Source: Eledone cirrhosa (lineage: Eukaryota). From it: a stretch of 64,000 nucleotides of DNA. The stretch spans positions 306,404,001-306,468,000 of the forward strand of contig OZ024740.1 of NCBI GenBank assembly GCA_964016885.1, given 5' to 3'. The notes under the pieces are model-generated. The model made no database searches, was not told where the DNA came from, and worked only from the letters and a program-made list of their open reading frames with translations. Shown here in pieces: positions 1 through 11,249 of this stretch (within the stretch, counting starts at the first letter, position 1; each line of letters begins with the position of its first letter). The translations under genes and the position numbers were made by a program.

Positions 1-280
1 CATCGTATTCCCAAACAAAAAAACAAAATCCTTCCCATTCTTAATTCTATCGTATCCTCCAATTCCCTAATTCTATCGTATTCTCAAACAAAAAACAACA
101 AAATCCTTTCCATTTTACTTCTTATAATTTACTTTAAATATATATATCATGCTACCTCGAAAGTCAAAAATCCCGCTCATACACCCTTCTCCCACCATTT
201 TCTTCACGAGGGGTTGCGGTCAGCCACTCTCTCTCTCTCTCTCTCCCCCTTCCCACTCTCTCTCTCTCTCTCTCTTAGCT

Positions 281-310
<30 letters not shown>

Positions 311-311
<1 letters not shown>

Positions 312-3300
312 AGATAAATTCCCGTTCATGTTTATTCACTTTCGCCAAACAATTGCTGCTTCAACTACCCCTACTACGGTGTAACCATGTAATCGTAACG
401 TTCACGTTTTTCCTATCTCCTCCACACACCACAATTTCGTACAAACATCCAATCCCGCAAAATCCGAAATCTGTATTTTTTGTTATTTATTAAGGTTTAA
501 ATACGGTGTTTTTGTCGTATTGAACAGAACAAATCTTGCAGTTTTGCTTTTTGTTACTCGCTGGTAAACATTCATAACCTTCCAGCTAGCTACCCCACAT
601 CCCTCCCACCCGCCCCCACACACCACCACACACCACCACTCACCACCACTCTTAATACGTGGACCAATCATAAGCCAGAGACCCCCCCCCCACACGCATC
701 ACCATTATTACTATAAGCCAGAGACCCCCCCCCCACACGCATCACCATTATTATTATTACGCGGACCAATCATAAGCCAGAGGCCTATACTATCGCTTGC
801 ACGGTTGCCTTCGATATATGATGGATGGATGGATGGACGGACTGCGGAATCCTGGAGAGTGGAGGGGAGAGAAAAATCTGGACGCTCAGAGCGAAAATGC
901 CAATGCTAAAGTCAAATTCACCTCGTGGACGAGAATGCGAGCACTCTTCTTTGTTTCGCCCGCGGATGGCTAACATAACCCCATCTCCCCCCGCCCCACA
1001 CCACCCCCACCCTCCAAACGCGATCCAAAACTTCAGAGTTGGTACCATAAATGTAGGCACCCTAAAGGGGCGCGCTAACGAGGTTGTAGAAATGCTTGAA
1101 CGTAAGGAGGTCGATGTTTGTTGTATTCAAGAGACCAGGTGGAGGGGTGGGTCTGCTAGATTCATTGAGGGTAAAAAACGATGTTATAAGCTTTTCTGGG
1201 TGGGAAACGACGATGGGCTGGGTGGAGTAGGAATCATGGTAGCAGAAAAGTGGGCGGATAAGATAATAGACGTAAATAGAGTGAACGACAGAATAATTAA
1301 AATACGACTTGTCCTCAATAGAACTACGGTGACAGTAATATCTGCGTATGCACCCCAATCCGGACTGCCCGGCACTATAAAAGACAGATTCTATGAGACA
1401 CTGATGCTCACTACCTCCCAAATATCTGACAGTGACTATATAATTATTGCAGGCGACCTAAATGGTCACGTTGGGCAACATTGTGACGGCTACGACGAAA
1501 TCCATGGAGGCTATGGGTTTGGTACTAGAAATGAGGAAGGCTCCAGAATCCTGGAATTCTGTGATGCAAATAACCTAACTATCTGTAACACTAACTTCAA
1601 AAAACGTGACAATCACCTGATCACCTATAGATCCGGGGAACACACAAGCCAGGTAGATTATATCCTTACCAGAAGACGTGACAGAGTGTCTGTTGTAAAC
1701 ACTAAATCCCTCCCCCATGAAGAATGCACCTCCCAACATAGACTGATAATTAGCGACCTCATAGTCAGGTCGAGACGTACTCGACAGCAGAAGAGGACTA
1801 TCCTCAGGAGAAAAATATGGAAGCTAAAGGACCCCACAGCCAAAAATAAATTTCAAAACATATTACTTGATGCTTTCGACAGTAAGGAAGAACACTTAGA
1901 GTCGGACAATATAGAGGGACAGTGGGAATTTCTGAAAGCAAACCTGCTGTTGGCCACAGACGAAGTCTGTGGCTGGAGCAGGCCTGTAGGCAGGAGGAGA
2001 GTAACATGGTGGTGGAACAGTAAGGTGGAGGAGTCAATTAAGGCCAAAAAGCAGGCTTGGAAAGTATGGCGGGATGGGGGAAGTAGAGTAGACTATCAAG
2101 TGGCCAGGAGGGAAGCTAGGAGAGAAGTGTACTTAGCAAGAAGGGAAGCTGAGGAAAGAAAGTTCAAGCATGTCCTACAACGCGATGACCAAAAACGTGA
2201 GGTGTTCAGGATTGCTAGGCAATGCGTCAAGCAAAACCGTGATATTGTCGGGGAGAAGTGTGTACTTAACGATGATGGCATACTTGCCATCACCGACACT
2301 GATAAGAAGGCAGCTTGGAAGTGTCACTATGAAAGGCTACTAAATGAGGAGAATAAATGGGAGAAAGACAGTCTCCCCCATGTCGACCCAATAGAGGGAC
2401 CAGCAGTGTTAGTCGAGGGGAGTATAATAAGTAAGGCAATCAAGGATATGAAGACAGGTAAGGCGGCTGGGCCTTCGGAAATAGTTGCTGAGATGCTGAA
2501 GGCATCTGGCACGGTGGGACACACCATGGTCACCCGCATAGTTAACCAAGTCGTACAGAATGGGGTTGTTCCGAAGGACTGGCATAGCAGCATCATCGTT
2601 AACTGTTATAAGGGTAAAGGAGACGCCCTAGATAGGAGTAACTATAGAGGCATTAAATTAATCGACCAGGTCATGAAGGTCACAGAAAAAGTAATAGCGC
2701 AACTAATCAGAGAGAGAATTGACCTAGATGAAATGCAGTTCGGGTTTGTGTCAGGCAAAAGTACCACAGACGCTCTTTTCATAGTACGACAACTACAGGA
2801 GAAGTACCTAGCTAAAGGTAAACCCCTCTACTTAGCTTTTGTCGACTTGGAGAAAGCCTTCGACAGAGTCCCCCGCTCCATTATCTGGTGGGCTCTTAGA
2901 AAACTAGGCGTTGACGAATGGCTTGTGAGGGCTATACAAGCCATGTATAAAGAAACAGTCAGCAAGGTTAGAATTAACAACGAATATAGTGAAGAGTTTA
3001 GCGTAAAAGTTGGCGTCCATCAGGGCTCTGTTCTCAGCCCCCTACTATTTATTATTGCCCTTCAGGCTATAACAGAGGAGTTCAAGACAGGCTGCCCATG
3101 GGAACTCCTATACGCAGACGACCTGACACTCATAGCGGAATCAATGGCCGAGCTAGAGAAGAAATTCCAAACATGGAAGCACGGCCTAGAGTCAAAAGGA
3201 CTTAAAATTAACCTGGCTAAGACCAAAGTTCTAGTTTGTAGGAAAGAAAACAAGGCGGCGGTCCCTTCTGGGAAATGGTCGTGCTCGGTGTGTAGGAAAG

Positions 3301-4440
3301 GCGTAGGTAGAAACTCCATTTTGTGTCCTAAATGCAAAGTATGGGTGCATAAAAGATGTAGTGGGATCACAGGTAAGCTAACTAAGAACATAGATTTTAC
3401 ATGTGGCCGGTGTTCTGGTGCAATAAGTAGCAGCAAGTGCCCACACAATACTAGCTCTTTCAATTGCGCAGAGGGTTCTATAGAAATAGTGGACAGCTTC
3501 CGTTACCTGGGCGATAAAATCAGCAGTGGGGGAGGGTGCTCTGAAAGTACTGTAGCTAGAGTCAGAACTGGTTGGAAAAAGTTCAGAGAGCTTATACCAC
3601 TATTAGCTGCTAAAGGGTTCTCCCTAAAAATGAAAGGCAGGTTGTACGATGCCTGCATACGAACAGCAATGTTGCATGGCAGTGAGACCTGGGCATTGTG
3701 TGCAGAGGATATACGCAGACTAGAGAGGAACGAAGCTTGCATGCTCCGCTGGATGTGTAACAGTAATATACGTGAACGGCAAAGCATAAACGAACTAAGG
3801 AAAAAATTAGAGATAAGAGGGATCAGATGTTGTTTACTCGAGAGAAGGCTACGTTGGTATGGACACGTGATGCGCATGAAAGTCGATAGCTGTATAACAA
3901 AGTGCAGGGCAATAAAGATAGACGGTAGCCACGGAATAGGCAGACCTAGAAAAACCTGGGACGAGCTGATAAACTCCGACCTCACACACTTACACCTCTC
4001 CAAGACAATGTCACTGGACCGAGACCTTTGGCGGTACTCAGTAACAGAGAAGACCCGCCTTGCCAGTAGGCATCTCTAACAAAATACACCCCGTCCCACC
4101 ACCACCACCCCCACCCCATCCACACCACCCCGTCCTATGTAAAGTTATGTTGGTGCCGCGCCATCCGGGCCGAAACAAATGAGATCGTGTAGGTGTCACG
4201 ACAAAAAAACACACAGTCCACGCTGTAATGTGGCCGTGTAGGCAACACGGTAAAAACCTCCCAGACCCACACTGTAAATGTGGTTGGTGTTAGGAAGGGC
4301 ATCCAACTGTAGAAAACCTGCCAGACAGTCCTATGCGAGCAAGACAATCACTCTTGCCTCAAGTGGGACTACCCCCGTCCAAACCCATGCAAGCGTGGAA
4401 CACGGACGTTAAACGTTGATGATGATGATGATGATGATGA
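311..4440 (+). mobile_element. Apparently full-length RTE-clade non-LTR retrotransposon (LINE); 5' boundary approximate
   Basis: Long intact ORF, ~360-bp 3' UTR ending in a (GAT)n tail at 4418-4440, followed by (TA)n. A (TA)n tract at ~300-310 is the likely 5' flank. Confidence 0.9.
825..4079 (+). CDS. RTE LINE ORF: APE endonuclease + reverse transcriptase with an inserted C4HC3 PHD finger (true start may be the in-frame ATG at 966)
   Basis: APE motifs GTINVGTL, CIQETRW, SAYAPQ, GDLNGHVG, QVDYIL, SQHRL. RT motifs NYRGIKL, QFGF, DLEKAFD, GVHQGSVLSPLLF, YADD, FRYLG. RTE-type C-terminus RRLRWYGHVMRM...GRPRKTW. Confidence 0.95.
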   Translation: MDGWTDCGILESGGERKIWTLRAKMPMLKSNSPRGRECEHSSLFRPRMANITPSPPAPHHPHPPNAIQNFRVGTINVGTLKGRANEVVEMLERKEVDVCCIQETRWRGGSARFIEGKKRCYKLFWVGNDDGLGGVGIMVAEKWADKIIDVNRVNDRIIKIRLVLNRTTVTVISAYAPQSGLPGTIKDRFYETLMLTTSQISDSDYIIIAGDLNGHVGQHCDGYDEIHGGYGFGTRNEEGSRILEFCDANNLTICNTNFKKRDNHLITYRSGEHTSQVDYILTRRRDRVSVVNTKSLPHEECTSQHRLIISDLIVRSRRTRQQKRTILRRKIWKLKDPTAKNKFQNILLDAFDSKEEHLESDNIEGQWEFLKANLLLATDEVCGWSRPVGRRRVTWWWNSKVEESIKAKKQAWKVWRDGGSRVDYQVARREARREVYLARREAEERKFKHVLQRDDQKREVFRIARQCVKQNRDIVGEKCVLNDDGILAITDTDKKAAWKCHYERLLNEENKWEKDSLPHVDPIEGPAVLVEGSIISKAIKDMKTGKAAGPSEIVAEMLKASGTVGHTMVTRIVNQVVQNGVVPKDWHSSIIVNCYKGKGDALDRSNYRGIKLIDQVMKVTEKVIAQLIRERIDLDEMQFGFVSGKSTTDALFIVRQLQEKYLAKGKPLYLAFVDLEKAFDRVPRSIIWWALRKLGVDEWLVRAIQAMYKETVSKVRINNEYSEEFSVKVGVHQGSVLSPLLFIIALQAITEEFKTGCPWELLYADDLTLIAESMAELEKKFQTWKHGLESKGLKINLAKTKVLVCRKENKAAVPSGKWSCSVCRKGVGRNSILCPKCKVWVHKRCSGITGKLTKNIDFTCGRCSGAISSSKCPHNTSSFNCAEGSIEIVDSFRYLGDKISSGGGCSESTVARVRTGWKKFRELIPLLAAKGFSLKMKGRLYDACIRTAMLHGSETWALCAEDIRRLERNEACMLRWMCNSNIRERQSINELRKKLEIRGIRCCLLERRLRWYGHVMRMKVDSCITKCRAIKIDGSHGIGRPRKTWDELINSDLTHLHLSKTMSLDRDLWRYSVTEKTRLASRHL

Positions 4441-4451
4441 TATATATGTGT

Positions 4452-4559
<108 letters not shown>

Positions 4560-5649
4560 ACATATATATACACACTAAATAATAATTTTGATCAATACAC
4601 AAATGTCAATTGTATTGTCTGGCAAATGCACAGGCCAACAGGAATGCTAAAAGTAGCTCATTGTTATGTCCTAAAGTCAGGTGAACTAAGTTAAAATTTA
4701 AAAAAATTGAGGAGCAGAAATACAATAATACATCAAAAAGTCTTTCCTAGACAAAATGTATCCAAGATAAAGAATATTCTAACATATGTCTTATTTCTTG
4801 CCTGAACGGTAAGCAACAATTAGTATGGATAGTGTCTCCATGACCTATGCTAGAGTAGGCTTTGAAAACCTTAGGAATTATGGCAAATAGCTTTATATCC
4901 TGCCATACACAGCATAACCATTCATTTCCCCCACCAGGAATAGAAGCTTGCAAACAACCTTTCCAGCTTGCAGTCATGTTTATGCAAACAAGGAATGTTA
5001 TGCTGCCTAAGCTGGAGCATTATAACCAATGCCCAGACTATACACTAAACATGGATGACCATGCAATAGGTGCTTAAAGGAGGCACTTCATATCTTGATT
5101 ATTGATGGCTTACTGATTAATAAAAATATGAGATGACTAAATGTATGCACCAGATCCATAAATCTTTCCTTTACTTCAGACCAACTGAAGTATAGAGGAC
5201 TACACATACTCACAATTGGGACAGGAGACTATCTAAAACTGAAGTTTGTTTTGTTACTATTACCTGGACAATGCTATATGTGATGTGCCCTCTTTTTTTC
5301 ATTTACCTCCTTTACTCTATCTATTTCTCACCTCTGTTGTCATTATTTTTTAGTTCCACGACTCCATATCCTCCTCACCATCATATTCTTCTTCTTCTTC
5401 TTCTTCTTCTTCTTCTTCTTCTTCTTCTCAACACCCACCCACTGTTTAATAGTATTTTAGTTTCTCTCCAGCATTTTAGTACTTAATGTCTTTAATTTAA
5501 CCCTGTTCTATATCACCTTTCCACTCCACCTTCAGCCAAGTTTCTGTCAGTTACATATTTTTACCACCACGCAGTATAACTCACCTTCCAGTACCTCCCT
5601 TCATTTGGCAGTCAACATTTTTGGGGTGAGATCATAACTTTCTACAATA

Positions 5650-5815
5650 TAATTGTTTCTACTTTTGGCACAAGGCCGGCAATTATTCCACTGCATTACT
5701 GGTACTTTATTTTATCGACCCCGTAAGGATAAAAGGCAAAGTTAACCTCAGACTGTAAAGGGCCATAACCCTATGCTGTAAACAATGGCGCCTGACCCTC
5801 TACCGATACTGCCAA
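5650..5815 (-). mobile_element. tRNA-derived SINE with Nin/Deu-like central domain
   Basis: Reverse complement contains CTTTGCCTTTTATCCTTACGGGGTCGATAAAATAAAGTACCAG and the tail GGCCTTGTGCCAAAAGTAGAAACAATT, both shared with about 10 other copies. Confidence 0.75.
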
Positions 5816-6382
5816 TATAATGGTTCTTATTTTTCAATGTATTATTTCTTTTCAAATGTTTTTATGTATATGTTTATAAATTTCTTGCAGAAAGGTTGGT
5901 TATTAAAATGGTGTGTTGGTTGATGTGTTGTAGTGTGTTGTACATGTTGATTGGTGTGGAAAAAGCAATCAGTATCAACGATGAATTGAGACAGACCAAC
6001 AAGGAAACCAAAGTTGCTAATTTGTATTTCATTTATTTGTGCCATGGAATGCGTTGAAACTGTGTAGCAACATATGGCACAACCAGAATATGTAAAAAGT
6101 TTGATATAACAGAAAGTGTTTCATCAATGTTTTGCTGAATGTAGTGATAACAGATAAGAGTAGTTTGTTGTGTTATATTGGAAGTTGTGAGTGATATGTG
6201 TGAATATAGAATGCCGGTTGACATAAGATAGTAGCTTGATGAGTGTCATGCTGTGTAGCACCAACTATTGATGGCTGTCACAGCCTAAGTCTCTTATTCA
6301 GTGTTTGAGAAGGAATAGTAAGCATGAACAGAGTGAGCATGAAGAGAACGAGAATGAACATGGAAGAAGAGTTAAAGCTGAA

Positions 6383-6597
6383 TTAACTCTTTAGTATTTA
6401 CATTACTCTATATCCACTATTGTATTTTCATGGTAAAGGCTTTATCTCATATAATTATCTCGCATAATATTTTAATGTTATTTATTTTGAGAACAATGCC
6501 TTAACATAAATATGAGCAGCCAGTTACAGCCAGTTTGAATAGAAAGAGGTGAGAGAATTCTGGGCTGATACAGTTGGTTTAAATGCTAAAGCGTTAA
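6383..6597. mobile_element. piggyBac-like MITE (TTAA flanks)
   Basis: TTAA-CTCTTTAGTATTTA ... TAAATGCTAAAGCG-TTAA; a related copy lies in the opposite orientation at 38825-39051. Confidence 0.6.
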
Positions 6598-7314
6598 GCT
6601 GGACTTAAATACCAGTAGGTGTCATAATAGCTATTTTCGGTGATGATTTTATAGGGTCAGCATTTCATATTTGCAGATTTACCTATGATAGTTTTGCTAC
6701 AAAATGTATATGTGTATATTAATTAAAGATGTTTAACATTGTTTCAATTTACAGGGAAATCCATATTTTCTGGTATGTTTACATGCCTACATATTAGATA
6801 TGTGTATATATTTCTATATGTTGGGGCAATCTCAATTACATATATCGTATTTATACAAATATAACTTTATCCATATACCTACTGACACTCCATCACTTAT
6901 GACGATGAGTGTTCCAGTTGATCCAATCAACAGAACAGCCTACTCTTCACATAGTTCTTAGGCTGGCCCTTCAAATTACAGGTACAACTCATTTTTGCAT
7001 GGACTGGAATAATTTAAAATAAAGTGTCTTCCTCAAGGACACAATGCATCACCGGCAATCGAACTCACGACCTTACGATTATGAGCCAAATACTCTAACC
7101 ACACACACGAACACACAAACACATATATATATACACAAATACACACACAAACACATACACACATATATATATACACAAACACACACACACATACACACAT
7201 ATATATACATATATACATATATATATACAAACATATACATATATATATGTATATTGGCAGCAGCACTAAGACAACATTTAAGTATAATAGAGGTGAACAT
7301 GAAAGCATATACTA

Positions 7315-7707
7315 CGAGGGCAATCCCAAAAGTAAGGTCTCCTTCCGATATTGCAACTTTTCCATTAAAATTCTGTGGATGGTGCTTCGGGAAACCTCAG
7401 GAACCAAAATGCAGAGAGCATCCAGAGTGTTCCGCTGATCTTTACGCATGTTTTCCTCGGAAGGAGAGCTAACTTTTGGGATTGCCGTCGTAATAATAAC
7501 TGCACGAAATTCGTACTTAGCGGTAGCGTTCAATGGGAGCTCCATTCTCAACGGCTGCCAAGCCAAGATTGAGCATCCCAGCGAAGCGCGAGCATGCTTG
7601 TTTGGGAGTGAAGGAAGCACCAATCACAACAGTGTTGCCAACAGCCGTACGAACAGTTTCTCTGCGTCCCCATCGCTTTGGAGACCTTACTTTTGGGATT
7701 ACCCTTG
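7315..7707 (-). mobile_element. Rearranged mariner-type relic/MITE with three TIR copies
   Basis: TA-CGAGGGCAATCCCAAAAGTAAGGTCTCC at 7315 with inverted copies ending at ~7490 and 7707. Transposase N-terminal/HTH fragments MELPLNATAKYEFRAVI and VSRSTIHRILMEKLQYRK. Confidence 0.75.
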
Positions 7708-7799
7708 TATATGTTTATATATAATAAACAAACTGGTAGCCTTGTTATCAAAGGAAAATATTTTTTGTAAGGAAAAAAATATTTTTCTCTATTTATCAA

Positions 7800-8250
7800 C
7801 ACACCATCATTACCACATCACATTGCCACCCCACCACCACTGCTACCATTGTCAACACACCATGATCATTACATCACACTGCAACACCACTATCACCACC
7901 ACCACCATCTCTATTTCAACGCATCATCATCACTACACCTCACCACACCACACCACACCACACCACCACCTCCACCACCACTACCATTGTCAACTCATCA
8001 TCATCACCATATCACACTGCAACAACACATCTACCACCACCACCACCACCACCACCACCACTACCATTGTCAACACATCATCATCATCACCGCATCACAC
8101 TGCAACACCACATCTACCACCACCACCACTACCACTACCATTGTCAACACATCAACATCACCACATCACACCGGTCACACCACCTTCGCCACCTCTACCA
8201 CCACAACCACCACCTCCATCATCATCATCACACCACTATCATAATTCACC
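7800..8250. repeat. Degenerate (CAC/CAT)n low-complexity tandem region
   Basis: Recurring units such as CCACTACCATTGTCAACACATCATCATC. Confidence 0.8.
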
Positions 8251-8416
8251 CTCCCCCTAAATCTGGTAAGATTAACCATAAAGAATGTTTTGTTAAACAA
8301 CATAGTTGTCTGTGTGTCCTACCACCTAGTCAGAGTCCAGTTACAGTTTTGTGTTGAATAAACATCATTGACCAGTTGACCAGTTTGTCTTAAGAGATAA
8401 GAGACAGGTAGATTGT

Positions 8417-8457
<41 letters not shown>

Positions 8458-8664
8458 GGGGGGAGAGAGAGTGATGTTAACAAGGAGTACTTCTCAATTA
8501 TAATACATATATTTCTTGTCTTGATTAAAACATTTGCCAAGCTTGTTGCTGGATGTGGTTCAAATCATTATCATTATCCTCCTCTTCCTCATCATCATCA
8601 TCATCAACACCATCGTCGTCATCATCATCATCATCATCATAATCATCACCACCGCCACCACCAC

Positions 8665-8902
8665 TACTTTTTTCTGTCCATTTTTCCATGCTTGCATTGG
8701 TTTGACGGTTCTCTTCCAGCACAAAATCATTCTACTCGTTGCGGTCCTTTATCAACCTGATTGCAAGATTCAGTGATTTGAGATCAGCTCTCACAACTTC
8801 TGTCCAGGTCTTCCTTGGCCTCCTTCTACTGTGGCTCCCTTTCACTGAGATTTCTTGATACTTCTTCACCCCAAAATCATCATCCATATGCATCACATGA
8901 GC
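8665..8902 (-). mobile_element. 3' fragment of a second RTE family (short 3' UTR)
   Basis: Reverse translation HVMHMDDD...RRRPRKTWTEVVRADLKSL; tail CAAGCATGGAAAAATGGAC followed by a (GAT/GGT)n tract. Confidence 0.75.
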
Positions 8903-10454
8903 AAATTTATAGAATCTAGTTTGCTATTTTATCATTCAAATTCTGTTTCGTAAATATTTCACATACTAAACAAGAAGAGAAAAAACAAAAACAATTAGAT
9001 AATGAGAAAAGGAGAAAGAGTGGACTCTACATCCTTGGGTAGACAGTATATTGCTGCAGTTAAGATGATATTCCTGCAGATAGGATGGTATTGCTGAAGA
9101 TAAAAGGGTATTGCTGCAGATAAGATGACATTGGGGCAACATATGATGAAGGTCACAATATATATGCTATCTTGTCTCACATTGACACCAGATACATCGA
9201 CATGCAACTGGAGGAACATGAAGAAGTGATTGAATAACATGGTTGGGAGGTATGGACTTATAAATCCTGCTGAACCCCCAAAACCACAAGGATATTCTGG
9301 AGCTTTCTAATATTGAGGATACAGAAATAAAAATAATAAGATTGGCAGAGCAGGGCAGAAAGTGCAGCTGTGAAACCACTTGAAGACTTTCTGCTCTCAA
9401 GAACTAGAAAGTCATAGAAAGAGAGAAAGTGGCAAACGGCAGATAAACTAATAACCACAACAAGTCCCAGGGCCTATTGTTCCAACAGTAAATCCAATCA
9501 CACCACTAGGTACAGCTCAGATGATGGTTGAAACTCACCTTGTCCTTAAGACCCAAAGTCAACAATTAAGGGTCTCCTCCTTTGGCTACAGCAATGATGT
9601 GAAAAACTGTATGGCACAGTGAAAAGAGTCGGAAAGGCAGATCCCAAAGAAGAAAAATCAATCCCAAGAAAAGGCATACAGACTAGGCAAAAGGAAGTCA
9701 ACTCTTTCCTTAGAAGAAACAAGCTCTGAGAAGCCTACCTTTTCCTCGAAAGCCATGAAGTTTACAGAGTTAAGAACATCTGATGAGGACTTAATGGATT
9801 TCCTAAACAAACTGCGGAATAAGAACAGAACTGAGGAATTGCTGGCTTAAGGACAGAATACAAAGAACACTTATAGTGAAAACCATATCAATAGTCAATT
9901 GTTAGATGCAGAACACCTTAACACCTTAACACCTAAACTGTTCATGGGTTTATTTGAGATGGAATGATCTAAATGGCAGGCAACTATACTTATGGAATAC
10001 TTTGACCTGACCTACTGGGTAGGTTCTCACCACATGAGCATGAGTGACCTAAGTTTCATTTAATATGAACTTATATAAATTGTATACTGCCTTTATTCTT
10101 CGATTAGTTTTTATAAAACTTGTTTGTCCATCCCAATATGAAACCCCTATGTGTAACATGTTCATTACATTTAAGAAATGGTCCCAGTAACAATTATAAA
10201 ACTCAAGATATCAATATATATATACACATATATAATACATCAAAAACATAAAAACAGTACCAAACAACACAGTACAATAATGGTATATTAATATAATGCT
10301 TATAAGTAGTTAGAAAAGTGTCTTAACATTTGGACACTAACCCTTCATTGGAAAATAGATAGAGAGGAGAAAAAAAGGAAAACAGATGGAAAAAAAAGAA
10401 AACATGGAAAACTTAAAGAAGAAAATGCATAATTGCTCGTAAGCCATCATTGTG

Positions 10455-10636
10455 GATTGGCAGTATGGGTAGAGGGTTGGACGCCATGCTTTGCAGTACA
10501 GTTACGTCCCTTTACAGACTGAGTTCAAATTCTGCCGAGGTTAACTTTGCCTTTCATCCTTACGGGGGTCAATAAAATAAAGTACCAGTAATACACTGGG
10601 ATAATTGCTGGCCTTGTGCCAAAAGTAGAAACAATT
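10455..10636 (+). mobile_element. Nin/Deu-domain tRNA-SINE
   Basis: A-box-like TGGCAGTATGG, B box GAGTTCAAAT, conserved core CTTTGCCTTTCATCCTTACGGGGGTCAATAAAATAAAGTACCAG. Confidence 0.75.
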
Positions 10637-10859
10637 GTATATATATTTATTTATGAAGCAGGGGGATAGTGATTCTGAGAGAGTGGGGAAATCATGTTAA
10701 GAAAGACAGAAAGAAAACGAAAAAAGGCCTGATCAAATGAACACAGATCGCTAAAGGCAAGGAGAATAAATATTTATGGGAAGTAGACGAGTTGACTGAG
10801 AAAATATGCAATATGGAGGGAAATAGGTAGTACTTAGTTTCTTTCGAGTTTCACATCAA

Positions 10860-11245
10860 GGAAGATTTCTTCTTATGAATGAAAGGATGGCTGTTTGACA
10901 CCTGCGTGCAAAGTGTGATGTTGCATGGTAGTGAAACATGGGCAATGACTGCTGAGGATATGCATAGGCTGGAGAGAAATGAAGCAAGCATGCTTCGATG
11001 GATGTGTAATGACAGAGCTTGGAAAAACTGAGAGAAAAACTGGGTTTAAAAGGAATCAGAAGTAGTACACAGTATTATGTTTGTATGGCCATGTGATGTG
11101 CATGGATGATGATCGCTGAATGAAGAAGTGCCAGTAAATCCCAGTAGAAGGGGGCAGCAGTAGAGAAAAACCTGAGCACAGGTGGTGAGAGATGATCTCA
11201 AATTGTTGAAACTCACAGAGGAGATGATGGAAGAATGTGACGAGA
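10860..11245 (+). pseudogene. Decayed RTE RT C-terminal fragment
   Basis: Translates in part to VMLHGSETWAMTAEDMHRLERNEASMLRWMCN and YGHVM, with frameshifts. Confidence 0.8.
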
Positions 11246-11249
11246 GAAG

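Noticed and set aside
311-960. HDV-like ribozyme expected in some RTE 5' UTRs
   Set aside because: No nested double pseudoknot could be identified by eye; it would need a descriptor search.
3062-4003. Antisense ORFs recurring in RTE copies (also 22303, 22594, 57240)
   Set aside because: Shadows of the sense ORF; recurrence reflects copy identity and no motifs are present.
9778-9815. CTGATGA...TAAAC hammerhead-like strings (also 33653, 49851, 52357, 60175, 61102)
   Set aside because: They lack an intact GAAA and/or closing stems; chance matches or too decayed to call.
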